DNA of 64,000 bases, taken from contig NC_043005.1 in NCBI RefSeq assembly GCF_006345805.1, positions 21,700,001 through 21,764,000 on the forward strand. Direction: 5' to 3'. The translations under genes were made by a program, and so were the position numbers. Positions 1 to 64,000 of the stretch are shown here, one piece after another. A model generated the notes under the pieces. It made no database searches and was not told the DNA's origin. It saw nothing but the letters and a program-made list of their open reading frames with translations. How positions within the stretch are numbered: position 1 is the stretch's first letter; each line of letters starts with the position of its first letter. The DNA comes from Octopus sinensis (lineage: Eukaryota).

Positions 1-90
1 CTTGAAAATGTGTGTGTGTGTGTTTTTGTTTGTTTGTTTCAGTAGGTGAATGTGTATAAAATATATTTCTTGTTTTCTATTTTATTTCAG

Positions 91-57807
<57,717 letters not shown>

Positions 57808-58137
57808 GTCAGTAGAGTGTTTCTATTTCATTTATTTTGTGTGTGCCTTGTGTATATAAATATAAATGTATACTACATCACGCCTCTTTACCTCCTCCTC
57901 TTTCTCAAAACTTTTTTATTCCTTCTTCTCCCTTGCTTAACAAACCCCACAAATTTTTTATATATAAAAAGGCCAAGAAATCTAACTTTAAACCACTTTT
58001 TGATAAATCCGATAATGGAAGAAAGTACTAAAAGTGTAAATTATATGAAAATAAAAAATATATATAATCATCCAACATTCTGAGTACCTTATTATTCTAA
58101 ATATTTGTGCATCATTTCAAAAACTCTCTCTCTCTTC

Positions 58138-58149
<12 letters not shown>

Positions 58150-58169
<20 letters not shown>

Positions 58170-58429
58170 GCTTGAGAGGAAGATCCATCAAGCCAAGTAA
58201 AATCACATTCATGGCAGATACCAGTGTCACACAAATGGCACACATGCTGGTGGCACATAAAAGCTCCCATTACACACTCGGTGTGGTTAGTGTTAGGAAG
58301 GATATCCAGCTGTAGAAACAATGCCAAATCAGACTGGAGTCTGGTGCAGCCTTCCAGCGTGCCAGCTCTGGTCAAATCGTCCAATCCATGCCAGCATGAA
58401 CAACAAACACTAAATGATGATGATGATGA

Positions 58430-58432
<3 letters not shown>
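58150..58432 (+). mobile_element. RTE 3'-terminal fragment with (GAT)n tail
   Basis: Similar to 430-700 and the RTE tail. Confidence 0.7.
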
Positions 58433-58464
<32 letters not shown>

Positions 58465-58467
<3 letters not shown>

Positions 58468-59602
58468 TTAAATATGAGAGATTTACCGCTAAGTGGTTAA
58501 CTCTAGTGCTAAAAATAGCTCCTTTTTCTGGTATAGCCACCAAAAGTTGTTTTCAATAAGAAATAACATTACATTCAACATAAGGAAAGTGAAATACAAC
58601 GAAAAAAATAGATTAACCCCAAACAATTGTTTCATTACTAATATAATATGCAATTTTACTCACATATTTATCTATAAATCATCAGCGGAGGTTTGTCTTC
58701 GATACAATTTATTAGACCCTCACGAGCGTCAAATACCCATGCAGTTTAATCGATTGCATTCATAGTTGTGATTCAGATTCCCCGCCAAAAGCATGGTAAG
58801 ACTTAGTGGAAACGAATACTGCATATAATATTTACTGTAGCATCATTAAATTTATAAATTTATAAATGAGGGTGAAAAATTAGATATTAATTTAATAATA
58901 CCATCAGTTTAACACTAAGTGGCTTTTGGTGGCTATTCCAGAAAAAGGAGCTATTTTTAGCACTAGAGTTAACCACTTAGCGGTAACTCTCTCATATTTA
59001 AGTATAAATTTGTATTGTCTCCCTGGTTTTTTATGTGCTAAGCCACTTGGTGTTAAACTGATGGTATTATTAAATCAATATCTAATTTTTCACCCTCATT
59101 TATAAATTTATAAATTTAATGATGCTACAGTAAATATTATATGCAGTATTCGTTTCCACTAAGTCTTACCATGCTTTTGGCGGGGAATCTGAATCACAAC
59201 TATGAATGCAATCGATTAAACTGCATGGGTATTTGACGCTCGTGAGGGTCTAATAAATTGTATCGAAGACAAACCTCCGCTGATGATTTATAGATAAATA
59301 TGTGAGTAAAATTGCATATTATATTAATAATGAAACAATTGTTCGGGGTTAATCTATTTTTTCATTGTATTTCACTTTCCTTACGTTGAATGTAATGTTA
59401 TTTCTTATTGGAAACAACTTTTGGTGGTTATACCAGAAGAAGGAGCTATTTTTAGCACTAGAGTTAACCACTCAGCAGTAACTCTATCATATTTAAGTAT
59501 AAATTTGTATTGTCTCCCTGGGTTTTATGTGATAAGCCACTTGGTGTTAAACTGATGGTATTATTAAATTAATATCTAATTTTTCACTCTCATTTATAAA
59601 TT

Positions 59603-59603
<1 letters not shown>
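58465..59603. repeat. ~495-bp unit element arranged as one inverted copy plus partial tandem direct copies (Penelope pLTR-like architecture)
   Basis: 58465-58925 is the near-perfect reverse complement of 59040-59499; 58924-59108 is directly repeated at 59419-59603; (TA)n on both sides. Confidence 0.85.
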
Positions 59604-59641
<38 letters not shown>

Positions 59642-59799
59642 ATATATACACACACACAAACACAAGCATACATGTGCACACATGTGGATTGTGTTGTTTT
59701 ATTCCATTTACAACTTGCATTTCTATTATGTTACAGTTGAAACAGACCAAAACTTTATCTTCTGTTGGATGCACATACAAATTAGCATAAAAAGACTAA

Positions 59800-62700
59800 G
59801 TAGATGATGTGAGCATACTTTTAGATGAAATTTGGGTTAATAAAGTGGTTAAGGTAGTCAGAGTGTGTTATAGGATACTTATGCGCAGATTAGTTTTGCA
59901 AAGCAGTACAGCAACTGTACTACTTTGTTGTAGGAGAGAAGTGGGTTCAAATGGATGATGATACACTTGCGCTTAGTGATTCTACAAAATGGAAGTGCCA
60001 CTAGGAAAGGCTGCAATATGTGGAGAATGCATGGGAGAAGGAAAGTCTTCCTAATTACTTTTGCCTATGCTCGTTACACGAGACTTCCAGATGAAAAGAA
60101 ATATCCACTTCATGACACTCTTTTGCAGACAACCTCAATAACAAATGACAGTGACCTTTTCTTTGGTGCTGGTAACTTCAATGGGCATGTTGAGCAGCAT
60201 TTGGGTAACTTCCATACTGTGCAGAGAAGCTATTGAGTTGTTCCTGAAATGAGGAATCTACTGGACCTCTGTAATGAAAATGACCTTATGATCTGCAACA
60301 CAAACTTGTGGAAATGAGCCAGTCACCTGTTCACCTATCCACCTGGTGGCCATTCTATCCACATTGACTACTTTCTCACAAGAAAGTGGGTTAGATGATT
60401 GTTCATAAATGCAAAGATCTTACCAGGTGAAGAGTGCACTCCTCAATCTAGGTTGGTCATAAGTGACTCTAGATTGTGGGCCAGAATTATTCCAAGAAGT
60501 AAACTTGTCTGAAAATGGAATAGTTAGAAGTTTAAGGACCATTTGAAATGTCAAAGATTTGGAGATGTTGTCATTGAAGCAGTTAACGGAAGGTTGGGGA
60601 GATTGACCTGTAACATAGAGGATTTCCATGATGAAGAGAATGTTGCTCATCTGCTGTCAGTCAGCTAACTGGTTAAATCGCATGCTTCTCTTCTTGGGCA
60701 GAGAACTGCTTTTGGTATTAATACATGCCCACCCCTGATTGGCTGGAGTATACCATAGCACAACTGTGCTATGATGTGACAACTAAAATAGCTTTTCTGA
60801 CATGCTACAGATCCATAAACAAACAATTGAAGAGAGTAGAGAACAAACTGACTCCATTCTCTTCTTTAGAGCTAAACTAACTGGTTACAAGGGAGGTAAT
60901 TTTATCAAAGTAGTTATTTGTAGAAACTAGGTTATTTGTCTTAAGTATATATTTAGCTAGCTAGAGAGGTGGGTGGGAGGGGCTTACAGAGAAATAAACA
61001 TTAACTTTCTTCATATTTGAACAAGAAAGAATTGAAATACCAATTCTTAAAATTGAAGTTTAAGGATCATTTGAAAAGTCAAAGATTTGGATATGTTCTA
61101 ACTGTGGAGCATTTGACAAGAAGCATGTGGAGATAGTAACATATTATAGGAAGGATGACTGGAAGTTCCTGTGGGACAACTTATTGAGTGTCACAGACCA
61201 AATTTGTGGTTGGTGCAAGGTCCCAGTCAGGTTTAGGTGACAAGGTGGTAGAACAGTCCAGTAGACAGAGACATAAAAGTGAAGAAACCAGCCTTGAAGG
61301 ACTGGAAGAGTGACTCTAGCAGAGAACTATGCCAGGTTGCCACAAGAAAAGCTAGGCAATTGGTATCTTTAGCTAGGGGAAAAGCAGAAATGAAGAAGAT
61401 TGCCAATGTTTTGTGGTATGAAGACCAACGACATGAGGTGTTCTGGAATACAAGACTGTGCCAAAGAAATTCTTGATGTTGCAGGAGAGGAGTATGTTCA
61501 GATGGATGATGGTATGCTTGAATTTAGTGATTCTACAAAAAAGAGGCATGGAAATGCCATATCATAGGCTGCTAAATGGGGAGAATGCTTGGGAGAAGTA
61601 GTCTTCACAGGAACTAGCTATCCAAATTGACAGTAATATAATAGATAAAGCAATTAAGGAGATGAAGACAGAAAGACCCTGGCCCATTATGAATTACTGC
61701 CAAGATGTTAAAAATATCTAGCAGGGTGGTATGTAGTCGAGTTGCCTGTATAGTTAATCAGGTTTTCCATACCCAACAGGGTCATGCCCAACGATGTGGC
61801 AGCATCATAGTCAACTACTACAAATAGAAGTAATTACATAGATATCAAATTGCTGGACCAACTAATTAGGAAGAGAGTTAATGTAGATGAGATGCAGTTT
61901 GGTTTTGTACCAGAGAAAAGCACTTCTGGTGCTATCTTCGTAGCAACTGAAGGAGAAACTTTTAGTCAAAATAAACTTACATACTTGGCACAGTCAATAT
62001 GAGAAAGCCTTTGAAACTGGTTACTGATGACCTTCTTCTTATAGCTGAATCTCTAATAGATGTAGAGAAGTAATTTCAAGTGTGAAAACAAGGACTTCAA
62101 TCAAACGGACTGAGTTAATTTAGCAGAGACCAAAGTACTAGTAAGCAAGAAAGCAGACAGAATACTAATCCCTTTAGAGAGATGACCCTGCTGAATATGT
62201 AGAAAAGGTGTTCATAGAAATTCCATATGCTATATTAAGTGCCAGCTATGGATTGCAAGCTCTGGGTGCATTGGAGATGCAGTGAAATTACAGGAAGGTT
62301 AACAGGGAATACAGATTTTGTGTGTGGCTAATGTGCAGGCACAATGAACACTAAGAATGTACACGAAATAGACCTCCTCCAACGTCCAAGGGAATCTTTA
62401 GAGACAGTAGATAGTTTTCATTAGCTTAGTGAGCAAATTAGTAGTGGAGGAGGTTGCTCTGAAAACATGGAAGCTGGAATAAGAACCAGCTGGGCAAATT
62501 TCAGGGAGCTGTTACCTTTGTTGTTAACAGGACACTTCTTGTTACAAGAGTGCAAGATTGGTACATGATGCCTGTGTATGGATAGCTATGCTACATGGCA
62601 ATGAAACATGCCATGTAGCATAACTATGACTACAGATGACATACGAGGGCAAAATAAATGAAGCCAGCATGCTCTGCCACATGTGCAATGTCAATGTACA

Positions 62701-62950
62701 TATAGCATATGTCTTAAGAGAAGAACAAGGTTTAAAAGAGATCAGATATAATGTGTAAGAAAGAAGGCTGCGCTACTATGGTCATGTGATGCATATGGCT
62801 AAGAACAGCTGCATAAAGAAGTACTGATTTCTAATTGTAGAGGAAACTTGTGGAAGAGGAAGACCCAGGAAGTTGTGAAAGTGTGGGACAAAGTGGTGAG
62901 AAACAATGTTCTGATGTTGAAGAGATGACAAAGGACTGAGACATCTCAAC
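59800..62950 (+). mobile_element. Old, heavily degraded near full-length RTE LINE
   Basis: HDTLLQTTSITNDSDLFFGAGNFNGHVEQH (APE); gatgagatgcagtttggttttgta (DEMQFGFV); ggaagaggaagacccaggaag (GRGRPRK); many stops and indels. Confidence 0.8.
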
Positions 62951-64000
62951 ATCCAAGACATCTGAAACATCGAAGATAACAGCAGTTGTGCATTTAACTG
63001 TACACATGAGTTATACTCTGTGTGTGTGTGTGTGCATAAATCAGGATTTATGAAGCATGTATACTGAACACCCTCCTCTATGGATCAGAGACTTGGACGC
63101 TATACACAAGACAAGAGAAGCTCAATGTCTTTCATCTGAGATGCCTATGCAAGTTCCTTGACATCACCTCTTAAGACAAAGTAAGCAACACAGAAGTCTT
63201 GAAACAGGCAGCATTTTCAAGCATGACAGCTATTCTGTGCAAAAGGAGACTAAGATGGCTTGAACTTGTGAAGCAGATGGATAACAAGAGAAAGGGAGGG
63301 AGGGAGGGATGTGTGTTTGTGTGTGTAGAAAAGGCAAAAGAAGAGAGGGATTTTTATACATTTTTTTCCAGCTAGCTAACAGATATTTCCAAAAAGTTGA
63401 AGAATCATAGTTCCCTAGTACAATAATCATATTTATAATGAAAAAGGAGATTAAAGAACCTGATAAAATACTTTACAAGAGTTTTCTGTGAAGTAAAATA
63501 AACCTAGCTAACGAAATTGTTCTCTGATGGATGTAACAATCCTGGTAATATATATTTTAACAAATCCTGGCCAGTCTAACTTGTAAATCCAAAGTTTAGT
63601 CCCTCAGAAAAATTAGTGTGTAAGTATAGAGCATTATAGAAAAGGCATAAAAGCAATGGTAATGGATATGTACATAATTTATTCCAGCTACCTTACACGT
63701 GTTTCTGATAAGACTGGATATCAATTCTCTAATATAATAATCACACTTATTAATCACTCCATAATCACACAATTGAAGAGTGTAGAGAACAGACTGATTT
63801 CACTTCTTTTCTTCAGAGCTAAACTAACTGGTTGCAAGGGAGGAAATTTTTATCAAGTTATTAGCAGTAGGAACTAAGCCATTTGTCTTTATGTAATTAG
63901 CCAGCTAGAGGGAAGTAGGGAGGCTTACACTGGAAAAAGCATTAACGTTCTTCATATCTAACCAAGAAAGAATTGAAATACCAATTACTATCAAATGCTT

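Noticed and set aside
57808-64000. Expected next Sushi exon after exon 14
   Set aside because: No CG.P.D...YTC...W-type exon seen by eye; it probably lies beyond the window.

Overview
AT-rich eukaryotic (animal) genomic DNA, most likely an octopod cephalopod, inferred from its repeat content: RTE LINEs with (GAT)n tails, a tRNA-type SINE and abundant microsatellites. The whole window lies inside one large + strand multi-exon gene whose start and end are not visible. I find 14 small coding exons, all flanked by phase-1 GT-AG introns, which join into an uninterrupted frame of 2979 nt (993 codons). Each exon encodes one Cys-bonded extracellular domain, in a repeating module Sushi/CCP - PAN/Apple type A (ends RDYYQR) - PAN/Apple type B (ends NPG). 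A higher-order six-exon repeat and one extra tandem Sushi exon are superimposed, and intron sequence was duplicated along with the exons. The introns are packed with mobile elements: RTE LINEs carrying a PHD-type finger inside the RT, R4/Dong-like RLE elements stacked at (TAA)n microsatellites, Penelope-like remnants, maT (DD37D) and Tc1 remnants, a Gypsy remnant, a CR1 fragment, SINEs, a MITE and a ~460-bp inverted repeat. Exon coordinates were read by eye from splice signals, and no database searches were run.
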